A stretch of DNA of 64,000 bases. It comes from Limnothrix sp. BL-A-16 (GTDB lineage: Bacteria > Cyanobacteriota > Cyanobacteriia > CACIAM-69d). The translations under genes and the position numbers were made by a program. A model generated the notes under the pieces. It worked only from the letters and a program-made list of their open reading frames with translations. It did no database searches and was not told the origin of the DNA. Within the stretch, counting starts at the first letter, position 1; every line of letters begins with the position of its first letter. Shown here in pieces: positions 1-10,250 of this stretch. The DNA lies in the NCBI GenBank assembly GCA_041937175.2, contig CP166615.1, forward strand, positions 992,001 through 1,056,000, written 5' to 3'.

Positions 1-394
1 CTTGAGATTTTTAACCCCTTGAACAATTCTCGGCTCCGGTGATTCCAAGTAGCAGAGGGGAAAGTCACTACAACTATTTGAAAAAATGTAGTTCAGTCCA
101 AAGCCAATTTGAGCCGGGGAAGCTTTTTGGTGAATTTCTGAATCGAGTAGCAATCGGTCAATGAAATCAAAGGCTTGATGGCGCGGCATTGTATATATTT
201 CAGGACTCAGCTCTGTAAAAATTGGATTGGCCCTTGCGGGTTGTCCAAAGAGTTGATCGCGCCATTGTTGATAGTTCATCGGCTGAATTGGTCTTGAGCG
301 ATGGGGTGGCGGCTTGATCGATTCTAGCCATTGCCCCCTGCGGACGGGCCGGGCGGTGGTAGGCTGTTGGCGATTTGTGCCGCAGGAACCCAAG

Positions 395-1894
395 ATGCGA
401 TCGCCCATCTGGACATCTATTGCAAATTCGATTGCAAGCTGGTTTCGATCGATTCCCCGATCGCTCTGGTGGTCCGTGGGGATTTGGGCGATCGTCCTGT
501 TGATTTGCAGCGTGGTGCGCCACGAGCTATTTCAATCGACGGCCTTTGACTTAGCGATTTATGACCAAGTGGCCTACCTGATGGGGCGCGGCGAAGTGCC
601 GTTTTCCACCGTGTCGGATATGCACCACATGGGTAACCATGCGGCCTACAGTTTCTTTGCGGTGGGGCTGCTCTACGCGATTTTTCCCAGCATTTATTGG
701 TTGTTTTTGGTGCAGGCGATCGGGCTGGCGGCGGGGGCGATCCCGGCCTGGGCCTTGGCGAAACAGGCGGGGCTGAATCCGGGTCAATCCCTGGCGATCG
801 CCTGGGCCTATTTGCTCTATCCCGTGGTGTTTAACGTCAATTTGTTTGACTTTCACCCGGAGGTGATGGGGATCGCGGGGCTGCTGGGGGCGATTTGGCT
901 GGGGCGCGCGAACCGGCCGATCGCCCTGGCCCTAGTGCTGGTGTGGGTGATGGGCTGCAAGGCGGTGCTGTCGATTACGGTGGCGGCCATGGGCGCTTGG
1001 TTGTTGCTGCTCGATCGCAAACGCTGGCCCGGACTGGTGGCGCTGGGGATGGGGATCGGGTGGTTTGTGGTGGTGAACCAAGCGGTGATCCCCGCCTTTA
1101 ACCACGGCCTCAGCCACGATGCGATCGGGCGCTATGCCTATTTGGGTTCCAGTGTTTCAGAAGCAGCGTTGAATCTGTTCCTGAAGCCGCAATTGGTTCT
1201 GGGGAAACTGTTCTCGGGCGACACGCTGATCTATTTATTGTTGATCTTGGGGCCGTTGTTGCCTTGGTTTGGAGGTGGGCGGCTGCGGGCCTGGGCGGCT
1301 GCGGCTCCGGCGATCGGGTTAAATGCCCTGTCCACGGTGGCCGAGCAGCGGGATTTGGTGCATCAATATTCCCTGCCGATTTTGCCGTTTTTGCTGGTGG
1401 CGGCGATCGACAGTTTGGCGCGGGGCCGCTGGGATTGGCTCGATCGCTTGGGATCCATGGGCGATCGGCTTCGGGGCTGGATCGCCAGCGGGCGGGCCAT
1501 TTGGGTTTGGTCGCTGATTGGCTTTTTGGCCTTGGCCAAATTTGGCTATTTTGGCTCCATCTATTTGGCGGAGTTGGATACCTGGGCCGACAGTCGCGCC
1601 GCGATCGCCTTGATCCAAACTCAGGAGCGATCGATCCCCGCCAACCAACGGGGCGGCATCCTCACCACCGCTGATTTGGGCCCCCACCTCAGCCACCGCA
1701 CCATGCTGCGCCAAACGATCGCCACCGCGCCACCGCCCAACTGGGCCGAATACGATTGGGTGTTGCTGAACCTGAAACATCCGGGCTGGGGCAGCACCCA
1801 TGAGTTTGCTAAATCATTAGATCAACAATTGCGATCGAATCCGGCCTACAAAATCGCTTTCGATCGCGGTGGGATCGTCCTCTTTCAGCGCTAG
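395..1894 (+). CDS. DUF2079-type polytopic membrane protein (GT-C-like)
   Basis: Motifs FDLAIYDQ, GNH, NLFDFHPE and HQYSLP, with many TM segments. ATG at 395 preferred over TTG at 314. Confidence 0.75.
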   Translation: MRSPIWTSIANSIASWFRSIPRSLWWSVGIWAIVLLICSVVRHELFQSTAFDLAIYDQVAYLMGRGEVPFSTVSDMHHMGNHAAYSFFAVGLLYAIFPSIYWLFLVQAIGLAAGAIPAWALAKQAGLNPGQSLAIAWAYLLYPVVFNVNLFDFHPEVMGIAGLLGAIWLGRANRPIALALVLVWVMGCKAVLSITVAAMGAWLLLLDRKRWPGLVALGMGIGWFVVVNQAVIPAFNHGLSHDAIGRYAYLGSSVSEAALNLFLKPQLVLGKLFSGDTLIYLLLILGPLLPWFGGGRLRAWAAAAPAIGLNALSTVAEQRDLVHQYSLPILPFLLVAAIDSLARGRWDWLDRLGSMGDRLRGWIASGRAIWVWSLIGFLALAKFGYFGSIYLAELDTWADSRAAIALIQTQERSIPANQRGGILTTADLGPHLSHRTMLRQTIATAPPPNWAEYDWVLLNLKHPGWGSTHEFAKSLDQQLRSNPAYKIAFDRGGIVLFQR

Positions 1895-2002
1895 CCTAGT
1901 ACGAGCGCATCGCAAGTCAGCATTCATTTCTGTGATTTTCGCGGGCGATCGCACCCTTTTCCATCCCCCTCGCCTTTTGGCAACCAAGGATAAGACGGCA
2001 AC

Positions 2003-3967
2003 ATGCAGCGACTGATTGGGTTGTGGCAACGGTTTGGACAGGTGACTTTGGGGCTGGGGGTTGTTGTGGCGGGCGCAACCCTGGCCGCGTTCGATCGCCC
2101 CGATGCCATCAACTCGCAGTTGCCGCCGCCGGACGATCTTCAGCCCCTCAATGTCACCCCTGGGCCCGCCAAGGACTTGGCCAACGAACTGCGAATCACG
2201 GCTTCCTTTGGCAGCAATGGCCGGCCCGTGTTGTCACCCCTGCCCCAGGCTCAGGAGGTTTGGCAATGCGAAGTGGTGGTGGTGGGCGGATCCTTAGGGG
2301 GTGTGGGGGCCGCCGTTCATGCCATGCAATCGGGCGCACGAACCTGTGTGATTGAGGTGTCGCCCTGGATTGGGGGGCAAATTAGCACCCAAGGCGTGTC
2401 CGCGATCGATGAATCGGCGGACATGATTTTGGCCGGGAACCTCTCGGAAAGCTGGAAAGCCTTTAAATCGCGCATCTATCGCCAACCGGTGAAGATTCCA
2501 CGCTGGGCCGATCGCAACCAACCGATCAAAACCGTGCGCGAGGTGGATAGCTGCTGGGTTGGTTCCCTATGCTTTCCCGCTGCGGCCGGCGATGTAGCCG
2601 CGCGGGAAGCGTTGGCCGCGGCTGCCCAATTGGCTCCCGGCAGCCGCTGGAGCAGTGCCACGGCCTTCAAGGGCGCAGCTTTTGATGCAACAGGCCACAA
2701 CATTACGGCGATCTACGCAGTGCGGCGAACGCCTCGGGCGGACTATGTGCCCTCGGGTCGCTTGTCTCAGGAATTGCCGGCCTGGTATTCCTGGAACAGT
2801 GACGACACCTTTCGGAAAACACCCATTCGCCTAGAACCAGTGCCGGGCAAGCGATTCACGGTGATTGATGCCACGGATACCGGTGAGCTGGTGGCCTGGG
2901 CCCGTGTGCCACATCGGTTGGGATCCGAGTCGCGCCGCACCTTGGGTGAGCCGAATGCGGCCAATTGGGACAACCCCCAATGCACCCAGGCCTTTACCTT
3001 TCCCTTTGTGGTGGCGATCGCCAATGATGAGGGTCGCAGCCTCAAGCAACTGGGCCAACTGCAACCCACTTTCCCCAAGCACGAACACCAGCGCACCTTT
3101 TCCCTCTGGGGCTTTCCAGCGTTTCTCGATCGCAGCTTTTTCAAGTATCGGCGGATCGTGAGTATGCGGCTGGATAACCGAATCACCGGCAAGCCCAGCC
3201 CCGGGGACATGGCCATGATCAATTGGGGCTATGGCAACAACTGGAACCTGATGAACCCGCCTTTGATCCTGACGGGCGATCGGCTAATGGATACGGATCA
3301 GTACCGCAACTGGATGGGCGGCGTTTCCACGGAAGCCTTACATCACGGTGAGGAGCGGGCGCTCATTTTTTCAGAATGGGTGCTGAAAACCCTGGCCACC
3401 AAAGAATTTCCATTGATGCACTTGGCGGGGCCCAATACGCCCATGGGGACGCGATCGGGCTTGAGCCTGATGCCCTATATCCGCGAAGGGCGACGCATTT
3501 TGGGCCGCAGTGCCTATCGCCAAAATGCCTTCATGATTCGGGAAAACGACGTGCATCGGGGCATTGAGAATATGCGCGACTTTTCCGCCACCTCGATCTC
3601 CATGGTCCATTACGACATCGATATCCAGGGCTGTGCCTATCGCAACTGGGAAGACCCCGGCGAGGCCACCAACGCCAGCGCGGACATTGCCCATGTGCGC
3701 CCGGTGGCTGTCCCGATCGAGGCGCTCATTCCTCGGGGTGTGGATAATTTGTTGATTGGTGGCAAGGCGATCGCCGTTTCCCACATCGTGAACGGAGTCA
3801 CCCGCATTCACTACAGCGAATGGAGTTCAGGGGCTGCTGCTGGTTCGATCGCCGGTTGGTTGCAACGACAACCCAAGAATTTAATTGCGGCCGAAATTGT
3901 GCCCCAAAATCGGTTTTCCTTGGTGCGCGAACATATGAAAGCCCAAGGATTGCGCTGGTGGTGGTAA
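2003..3967 (+). CDS. FAD-dependent oxidoreductase with N-terminal membrane anchor
   Basis: Rossmann-like VVVVGGSLGGVGAA, IGGQISTQGVSAIDE, IDATDTGEL and PYIREGRR motifs. Confidence 0.8.
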   Translation: MQRLIGLWQRFGQVTLGLGVVVAGATLAAFDRPDAINSQLPPPDDLQPLNVTPGPAKDLANELRITASFGSNGRPVLSPLPQAQEVWQCEVVVVGGSLGGVGAAVHAMQSGARTCVIEVSPWIGGQISTQGVSAIDESADMILAGNLSESWKAFKSRIYRQPVKIPRWADRNQPIKTVREVDSCWVGSLCFPAAAGDVAAREALAAAAQLAPGSRWSSATAFKGAAFDATGHNITAIYAVRRTPRADYVPSGRLSQELPAWYSWNSDDTFRKTPIRLEPVPGKRFTVIDATDTGELVAWARVPHRLGSESRRTLGEPNAANWDNPQCTQAFTFPFVVAIANDEGRSLKQLGQLQPTFPKHEHQRTFSLWGFPAFLDRSFFKYRRIVSMRLDNRITGKPSPGDMAMINWGYGNNWNLMNPPLILTGDRLMDTDQYRNWMGGVSTEALHHGEERALIFSEWVLKTLATKEFPLMHLAGPNTPMGTRSGLSLMPYIREGRRILGRSAYRQNAFMIRENDVHRGIENMRDFSATSISMVHYDIDIQGCAYRNWEDPGEATNASADIAHVRPVAVPIEALIPRGVDNLLIGGKAIAVSHIVNGVTRIHYSEWSSGAAAGSIAGWLQRQPKNLIAAEIVPQNRFSLVREHMKAQGLRWWW

Positions 3968-3982
3968 GCACAAAACAGCGCC

Positions 3983-5410
3983 TTAGGACGTGAATGAGCC
4001 TTGGGGTGGTGTCACGGGAATACGAATCAGAAAAGTAGTGCCCTCACCGGGTTCAGAGGTACAAATCAGCTCGCCCTGATGGCGATCGACAATGATTTGA
4101 TAGCTGACGGAAAGGCCTAAACCCGTGCCTTTCCCGATCGGTTTGGTGGTGAAAAAGGGGTCAAAAATATGCTCCATCGTTTTGGAATTCATGCCCAAAC
4201 CACTGTCCGTAATTTGCACTTCGACCCAATCTTGATCACTTAGGCATGTGCTGATCTGAATACTGTAGGGAATTGCATCGCTAGAACGAGGATGCATCAA
4301 TCCCTGCTTGAGCTGCTGGTGATAGTCCTCGATCGCATCAACCGCATTCACCAAAATATTCATAAACACCTGGTTCATATTGCCCGAATAGCACATCACG
4401 CTGGGCAGCGAACCATATTGCCGCAAGACCTGAATTTCAGGGCGATCGCCGTGGGCTTTCAAACGATGACCCAAAATAGTCAGCGCACTGTCTAAGCCAT
4501 CATGCAGGTTTGCCAATTTCAGCTCTGCTTCATCCAATCGTGAAAACGTGCGCAATGACTTCACGATTCCACAAATCCGGTGAGTACCCAACTTCATGGA
4601 ATTCAAAATATCTAAGAGGTCGGATTCCATGAAATCCAAGTCAATTTCTGCAATTTTGGCAGCAATTTCTGGCGTTGGCTGGGGATAGCTTCTGCGATAT
4701 AGCTCCACCAATTGCACCAGTTCTTTCGTGTAGGTTTGGGCAGGACTGATATTCGCCGCAATGAAATTCAAGGGGTTATTAATTTCATGGGCAACGCCGG
4801 CCACCATTTGTCCCAAGCTCGACATTTTTTCCTGTTGCACGATTTGTGCTTGGGCTGCCTTCAAATCCGCCAGGGCTTTTTGCAATTCCTCGTTCCGTTG
4901 CCGCAGGGCCAATTCTGACGCTTGCAGGGCTTCTTCAATGCGCTTGCGATCGGTAATATCCGTGCGCACTGACAAATAGCGCACGGGTTTTCCTCGCTGG
5001 CTCACGATTGGCACAATAATCGTATACACCCAATATTCAGAGCCATCTTTAGCGCGATTTTTAATTTCGCCGCGCCAAATCTTTCCCCGTGAAATGGTTT
5101 GCCACAGCTCCGCGAAAAATTCCGCAGAGTGATGACCCGAGTTCAGAATTCGATGATTCTGCCCCATCAACTCCGAGAGTTCATATTTTGAGAGCTTGCA
5201 AAAATAGTCATTAGCATAGATGATTTGACCCTTGTGATCGGTAATGGCCACGATCGCCGTTCGATCGATCGCATATTCCCAATCGCCCAACCAAGCGTCA
5301 AAGGTTTTATCATCCCCTTCTGTTTTTCCACCCAGGTTGTTGGCATTTTGGAGATCATGAAATGCATTTGCATTGATATTAAACGCAGCAGCATTATTAT
5401 TAGTAACCAT
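3983..5410 (-). CDS. PAS/PAC sensor histidine kinase
   Basis: PAS domain (YANDYFC...WRGEIKNRAKDGS), H-box VAHEINNP, FDPFFTTK and GTGLGLS. ATG at 5410; the longer ORF-track N-terminus runs through a MITE. Confidence 0.9.
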   Translation of the reverse strand: MVTNNNAAAFNINANAFHDLQNANNLGGKTEGDDKTFDAWLGDWEYAIDRTAIVAITDHKGQIIYANDYFCKLSKYELSELMGQNHRILNSGHHSAEFFAELWQTISRGKIWRGEIKNRAKDGSEYWVYTIIVPIVSQRGKPVRYLSVRTDITDRKRIEEALQASELALRQRNEELQKALADLKAAQAQIVQQEKMSSLGQMVAGVAHEINNPLNFIAANISPAQTYTKELVQLVELYRRSYPQPTPEIAAKIAEIDLDFMESDLLDILNSMKLGTHRICGIVKSLRTFSRLDEAELKLANLHDGLDSALTILGHRLKAHGDRPEIQVLRQYGSLPSVMCYSGNMNQVFMNILVNAVDAIEDYHQQLKQGLMHPRSSDAIPYSIQISTCLSDQDWVEVQITDSGLGMNSKTMEHIFDPFFTTKPIGKGTGLGLSVSYQIIVDRHQGELICTSEPGEGTTFLIRIPVTPPQGSFTS

Positions 5411-5492
5411 GACTGGTTCCTGAGAGCAGGGAGAATGAATATCCAATGACTGAGCCTCGTTTTTAGGAAAGAGAGTGCAGAATAGGTGATGA

Positions 5493-5622
5493 GAGGATGT
5501 CTGAAAAGCCAAAATTGCTACTCTGTACGCCCCAGTTATCGACTTAGACAAGGGGCTTAAGCCCCTTGTCCCCACGACTATTGGTGCTTGCCCGTACTAA
5601 AGAATACTTTTTAAACATCCTC
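5493..5622. mobile_element. 130-bp MITE with IS5-family (IS1031-like) ends, copy 1
   Basis: Terminal inverted repeats GAGGATGTCTGAAAAG / CTTTTTAAACATCCTC, flanked by a TGA duplication (5490-92 and 5623-25). Homologous to 44528-44658. Confidence 0.85.
5547..5570. repeat. 24-bp perfect palindrome GACAAGGGGCTTAAGCCCCTTGTC (REP-like core)
   Basis: Read directly; the core recurs at about 16.3-16.5, 20.03, 42.66 and 44.58 kb. Confidence 0.9.
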
Positions 5623-5629
5623 TGAGCAG

Positions 5630-5691
5630 TGTAATTAATGCTACAAGGCAGGTCTTGATAGTGTTCGCACGATGTAATTAATGCTACAAGG
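5630..5691. promoter_or_regulatory. Two identical NtcA-consensus boxes (tGTA-ATTAATGC-TACa) 43 bp apart
   Basis: 19-bp direct repeat TGTAATTAATGCTACAAGG at 5630-48 and 5673-91, each matching GTA-N8-TAC, upstream of the PAS kinase. Confidence 0.55.
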
Positions 5692-5964
5692 TAAATATTG
5701 ATAGAATTGGATAGATGTGCTGAAAGGGCTTGAACTGACTGTATTGGATGAAAACGATGAATGCTGATTATTTTAATGAACAATTAATAGAAAATCATAC
5801 TGACTTTTTCTATGAATATTTCTTGTCCTATTTGAACTTTGTTTAAACCTTTGGTTTCAAATTTGGATTCTATTTCCATAGACATAAACCGACAAAACAC
5901 CGCCAAACCTTGCGATCGGGCGGTGTTCGGATTGGGAAGATCTTCAAGAGATCATTGGAATCAG

Positions 5965-8553
5965 CTAGGTATTGTTGCTGACTTTCAGCCCGGCGTTGGA
6001 TTGGGAATAGGTTTCCAGGGACACGGGCACGGGCGACACATGCCAAATGTCGCGGCAATATTCCCGAATGGTGCGATCGCTGGAGAAGCGACCCATCCGC
6101 ACGGAATTGAGAATTGAGGATTTTGTCCACCATTCCCGATCGCGATAGGCCCGATCGACCTTGCTTTGGGCTTCAGCATAAGCACGGTAGTCCGCCAAGA
6201 CCATGTACTCATCCCGATAGAGCAGGGCATCAAGCAGGGGGCGGAACAACTCCCGATCGCCCCGGCTGAACTGTCCCTCAGCGATCGCATTCAAGACCCC
6301 TTGAATTTCCGGATCACCGTAGTAGTAGCCCATGGGATCGTAGCCTTCGACCTTGAGGGCCACCACTTCCGCTTCCGTTAGCCCAAACAGGAAGAAATTG
6401 TCGGGTCCCACGGCTTCGCGAATCTCGATGTTTGCCCCATCCAACGTCCCGATCGTCAGGGCCCCGTTGAGCGCAAACTTCATATTTCCCGTGCCGGAGG
6501 CTTCCTTGCCCGCCGTAGAAATTTGCTCCGACAGATCCGCCGCCGGATAGATGCGCTGGCCCAAGGATACGGAATAGTTGGCCACGAAGGCCACTTGCAG
6601 CCGCCGGGCGATCGCGGTGTCGTTGTTCACCACCTCCGCCACACCGTTGATCAACCGGATGATCAGCTTGGCCAGGTAATAGCCAGGGGCTGCCTTGCCC
6701 GCAAAGATAAACACCCGAGGATGTAGATCTAGGTTGGGATTTTCCTTGAGCTGTTGATAGAGCGAGATCACGTACAAAATGTCCAGCAGTTGCCGTTTGT
6801 ACTCGTGAATCCGCTTCACCTGGATATCGAAAATGGCTCGGGGATCCACTTCCAAATCGTTGTACAGCATCAGGTAGTCCGCTAGTTCCCGCTTGTTGGC
6901 CTGTTTGATTTCAGCCCAGCGGTGTCGGAATTCGGGATCATTCGCCAACGGCTCCAGAGATTGCAACAACTCCAGATCCTTGACCCAGCGATCGTCCCCA
7001 ATTTTTTCCGTAAACAGCTTGGATAGCCGAGGATTGGCCAACAGCAGCCAACGGCGGGGCGTTACGCCATTGGTTTTGTTCTGGAACTTTTCGGGCCAGA
7101 AGGTGTAGAAGTCGTTGAGGACGTGCTTTTGCAGCAAGTCCGTGTGCAAGGCCGCAACCCCATTGATCGCATGGCTGCCAACGCAGGCCAGATGGGCCAT
7201 CCGCACCATCCGCTCTGGATTTTCTTGAATCAAAGACATCCGACCGGCGCGGGCTTCGTCGTGGGGATATTGCAGCCGCACTTCGTCCAAAAAGCGCTGG
7301 TTGATTTCGTAGATGATTTCCAAGTGGCGGGGCAAGAGCCGCTCAAACAGGTTGACGGGCCAGCGTTCCAGGGCTTCCATCAACAGGGTGTGATTGGTGT
7401 AGGCCAAACATTGGCGGGTGACGTGCCAAGCGCGGTTCCAGCCCAAATCGTAGCGATCGATCAGCAACCGCATCAGTTCGGCTACGGCGATCGCGGGGTG
7501 GGTGTCGTTGAGCTGAATGGCGATGCTTTCGTGCAGGTATTCCAACCCCCGCCGCCGATCTCGCCGGTAGCGGTTGATTGCGTCTTGCAGGGAGCAGCTC
7601 ACGAAGAAGTATTGCTGCTCAAAGCGCAGTTGCTTCCCTTGGGCCGTGTTGTCGTTGGGGTAAAGCACCTTGGAGATGTTTTCCGACAAGATTTGGTCGG
7701 CCACGGCTCCGGTGTAGTCACCCCGATCGAACACTTGGAAATTAAACTCTTCACTGGCGCTGGCTTTCCACAGGCGCAGGGTGCTGACGGTGTTGTTGTT
7801 GTACCCCGCGATCGGCACATCGTGGGGTGTACCCAAAATGCGTCGGGCCGGAACCCAGCGACAACGACCATGGCCATGCTCGTCCACGTACTGTTCCGTG
7901 TGCCCCCCAAAGCCCACTTCCACGGTCAATTCCGGGTGACGAATTTCCCAGGGATTGCCGAACCGCAGCCATTTATCGGGCCGCTCCACTTGGGCCCCAT
8001 CTTCGATCCGCTGATCAAAGATGCCAAATTCGTAGCGGATGCCGTAGCCGATCGCCGGAATCTCTAAGGTGGCTAGCGAGTCCAAAAAGCAAGCCGCCAG
8101 CCGACCCAAACCGCCGTTGCCAAGCCCCGGTTCTGGCTCCAATTCCAACAGGTGATTGAAGTCTAAGCCAGCTTCCGTCACCACCTGCTTGGCTTTTTCA
8201 TACATCCCCAGGTTGAGCATGGTCTTGCCCAACTGTCGCCCCAGCAAAAATTCCGCTGACAGGTAACAGACCGTTTTCACGTCCTGTTGCATGTAGGTGG
8301 TGTTGCTGGCGATCCAGCGGTGTAACAGGCGATCGCGCACCGTGTAGGCCAGCGCCATGTAGTAGTCAAAGGGCGTGGCGGTGAGTTCGTTTTTGCCTTG
8401 GATGTAGTACAGGTTGTCGGCAAAGGCGCGCCGCAACGTGTCAGGGGCCATCCCGGTGCGATCGTCCTCCACGTGAACGGTAATCGGGCAGTAGTTTCCC
8501 TGAATGTCAAATGATTCCGTGTAATTCGAGAGCGGTTGTCCGGTAGAGGTCAT
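5965..8553 (-). CDS. glgP: glycogen phosphorylase
   Basis: GLGNGGLGRLAACFLDS, IQLNDTHP, VKRIHEYKRQ and the PLP-lysine motif EASGTGNMKF. ATG at 8553 chosen. Confidence 0.97.
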   Translation of the reverse strand: MTSTGQPLSNYTESFDIQGNYCPITVHVEDDRTGMAPDTLRRAFADNLYYIQGKNELTATPFDYYMALAYTVRDRLLHRWIASNTTYMQQDVKTVCYLSAEFLLGRQLGKTMLNLGMYEKAKQVVTEAGLDFNHLLELEPEPGLGNGGLGRLAACFLDSLATLEIPAIGYGIRYEFGIFDQRIEDGAQVERPDKWLRFGNPWEIRHPELTVEVGFGGHTEQYVDEHGHGRCRWVPARRILGTPHDVPIAGYNNNTVSTLRLWKASASEEFNFQVFDRGDYTGAVADQILSENISKVLYPNDNTAQGKQLRFEQQYFFVSCSLQDAINRYRRDRRRGLEYLHESIAIQLNDTHPAIAVAELMRLLIDRYDLGWNRAWHVTRQCLAYTNHTLLMEALERWPVNLFERLLPRHLEIIYEINQRFLDEVRLQYPHDEARAGRMSLIQENPERMVRMAHLACVGSHAINGVAALHTDLLQKHVLNDFYTFWPEKFQNKTNGVTPRRWLLLANPRLSKLFTEKIGDDRWVKDLELLQSLEPLANDPEFRHRWAEIKQANKRELADYLMLYNDLEVDPRAIFDIQVKRIHEYKRQLLDILYVISLYQQLKENPNLDLHPRVFIFAGKAAPGYYLAKLIIRLINGVAEVVNNDTAIARRLQVAFVANYSVSLGQRIYPAADLSEQISTAGKEASGTGNMKFALNGALTIGTLDGANIEIREAVGPDNFFLFGLTEAEVVALKVEGYDPMGYYYGDPEIQGVLNAIAEGQFSRGDRELFRPLLDALLYRDEYMVLADYRAYAEAQSKVDRAYRDREWWTKSSILNSVRMGRFSSDRTIREYCRDIWHVSPVPVSLETYSQSNAGLKVSNNT

Positions 8554-9261
8554 AGGGGCGGCGGTGGGTAAAGAAATCAGGTGAGAGGCCGAACGGCCGT
8601 GGGGGCCAAGGGGACGATCGGGCGTGGACAGGGAGCCGGAACCGGCCCTGGCGCTGCCCAAGGTTCAAGGGAAAATACACTTGATCCCGATCGTAGCGAT
8701 CCCCACCGGATATCCAAACTGCCTATCAACTCAATCAACCAGTGCAGTGAATCAAACCTTTGGGGTATCAACCTTCGGAAATCTCAATCTGCGGAAATCT
8801 CAATCGTGGTGATCGGGTGTGGCGATCGGGGTTCCCAATCGAGGCCCGGATTAACCAGGGCGATCGAACAGGGCGATCGGGTTGGAGGAGTCACTGGCGC
8901 TGGCTGACTGTTTTCTAACTGGATTGATGTTGTCTAATTGAGTTAGTTGATTGTGGCCAGTGGAACCCATCACCCCAAACCGGGTCTAGGGGAAAGTAAC
9001 ACCCAAAAGCCGGGTCTGGGAAACTCAATGGTGCGTGGGGAGCAGTTGATAACTGAAGTTATTGGCTTGGGTTATGACCCCACTCCTCAAACAAGTGATG
9101 CGGATCAGGCCTTGGGATGCACTCTAACCTCGTCTTGCTTGGAAAACTAGAGCTGTGGTCAGCTCTGGCAGTCCGCAGGGAGTCAGCGGTGGATCATCCT
9201 CAGGTTGAGTCCTAGTCTAGCCGAGTCATTTTCGTCGCTTCCGTCGTGTCTAGAAGTTTTA

Positions 9262-9939
9262 ATGGTGTCTGGAAATTTTGACTTTGAAGAGGCGATCGCC
9301 TTCGCAGAAAACCCAGAGCCGCGCTGCCCTTGCGTGCTGCTGCTGGATGTCTCAACCTCCATGCAGGGCGCGCCTTTAACCGCTCTGGAAACTGGCTTGC
9401 AAGCTTTCCAGGCTGATCTCAACGGCGACTCCCTAGCAGCCAAACGGGTGGAAGTGGCGATCGCAACCTTTGCCGATCGGGTGGAAGTGCTTCAAGACTT
9501 TGTGACGGCCGATAGTTTTGAAGCGCCTCGGCTCCGAGCCGGCGGCATGACCTACATGGGAGCTGCAATCCACGCGGCCTTAGACTTGCTGCGCGATCGT
9601 AAAGCCCAGTATCGCAGCAATGGCGTGGCTTACTACCGTCCTTGGATTTTCTTAATTACTGACGGTGCGCCCAGTGATGATGCGGAAGTGCTCGGAGCCG
9701 CTGCCACCCGAATTCGCGACGAAGAAGCCCGTAAATCACTCGCCTTTTTTGCCGTGGGTGTCGAAGGTGCAGATATGGAGCGACTGGGATCCCTCACGGT
9801 GCGATCGCCCCTGAAGCTCAAAGGTCTCAGTTTCCAAGAACTGTTCCTCTGGCTTTCGGCCAGTATGCAGCAAGTGTCTCGATCGCGCCCCGGCGAACAA
9901 GTTCCCCTCCCTTCCCCCACGGGTTGGAGCGAAGTGTAG
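9262..9939 (+). CDS. TerY-like vWA domain protein
   Basis: MIDAS motif LLLDVSTSM, plus GGMTYMG, YYRPWIFLITDG and FQELFLWLSASM. Confidence 0.85.
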   Translation: MVSGNFDFEEAIAFAENPEPRCPCVLLLDVSTSMQGAPLTALETGLQAFQADLNGDSLAAKRVEVAIATFADRVEVLQDFVTADSFEAPRLRAGGMTYMGAAIHAALDLLRDRKAQYRSNGVAYYRPWIFLITDGAPSDDAEVLGAAATRIRDEEARKSLAFFAVGVEGADMERLGSLTVRSPLKLKGLSFQELFLWLSASMQQVSRSRPGEQVPLPSPTGWSEV

Positions 9940-9963
9940 CGATCCCAAATTGGGCAGATCAGT

Positions 9964-10060
9964 ACTGTTCAATCCTGGTCAATCCTGACTGTTCAATCCT
10001 GTTTAGCTGATCAATGCTGTTCAATCCTGACTGCTCAATCCTATTTAGCTGATCAATCCG
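9964..10060. repeat. degenerate short tandem repeats with TCAATCCTG core
   Basis: Repeated ACTGTTCAATCCTG and TTTAGCTGATCAAT units between convergent genes. Confidence 0.7.
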
Positions 10061-10250
10061 GGTTGTTGAATCTGGCTGCTCAATTCAGATTGCCAACTGC
10101 AAAATCAGTGATCGGGTCTGGGATCGCTGATCCCAGAGCATCAAAACCAGACTCCAACCAAGTCTCAAAGCGAATGGGGGGCGATGCCAAGTTCATGGCA
10201 TCACCCCCCATTTTCCAGCTCAATTTTCAAGAGCGCCTTTCTGAGGCAAA

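Noticed and set aside
5411..5575. N-terminal extension of the PAS kinase in the ORF track
   Set aside because: It begins inside the MITE; GTRGLSPLS is simply the translated palindrome.
7123..8067. Long antisense ORFs (also 27224-28138, 34660-35565, 48775-49605 and 61423-62259)
   Set aside because: These are shadow frames of well-supported genes in GC-rich DNA, with no motifs of their own.
8960..9260. Riboswitch upstream of the vWA gene (two CCGGGTCT(A)GGG repeats)
   Set aside because: No aptamer consensus that I can support.
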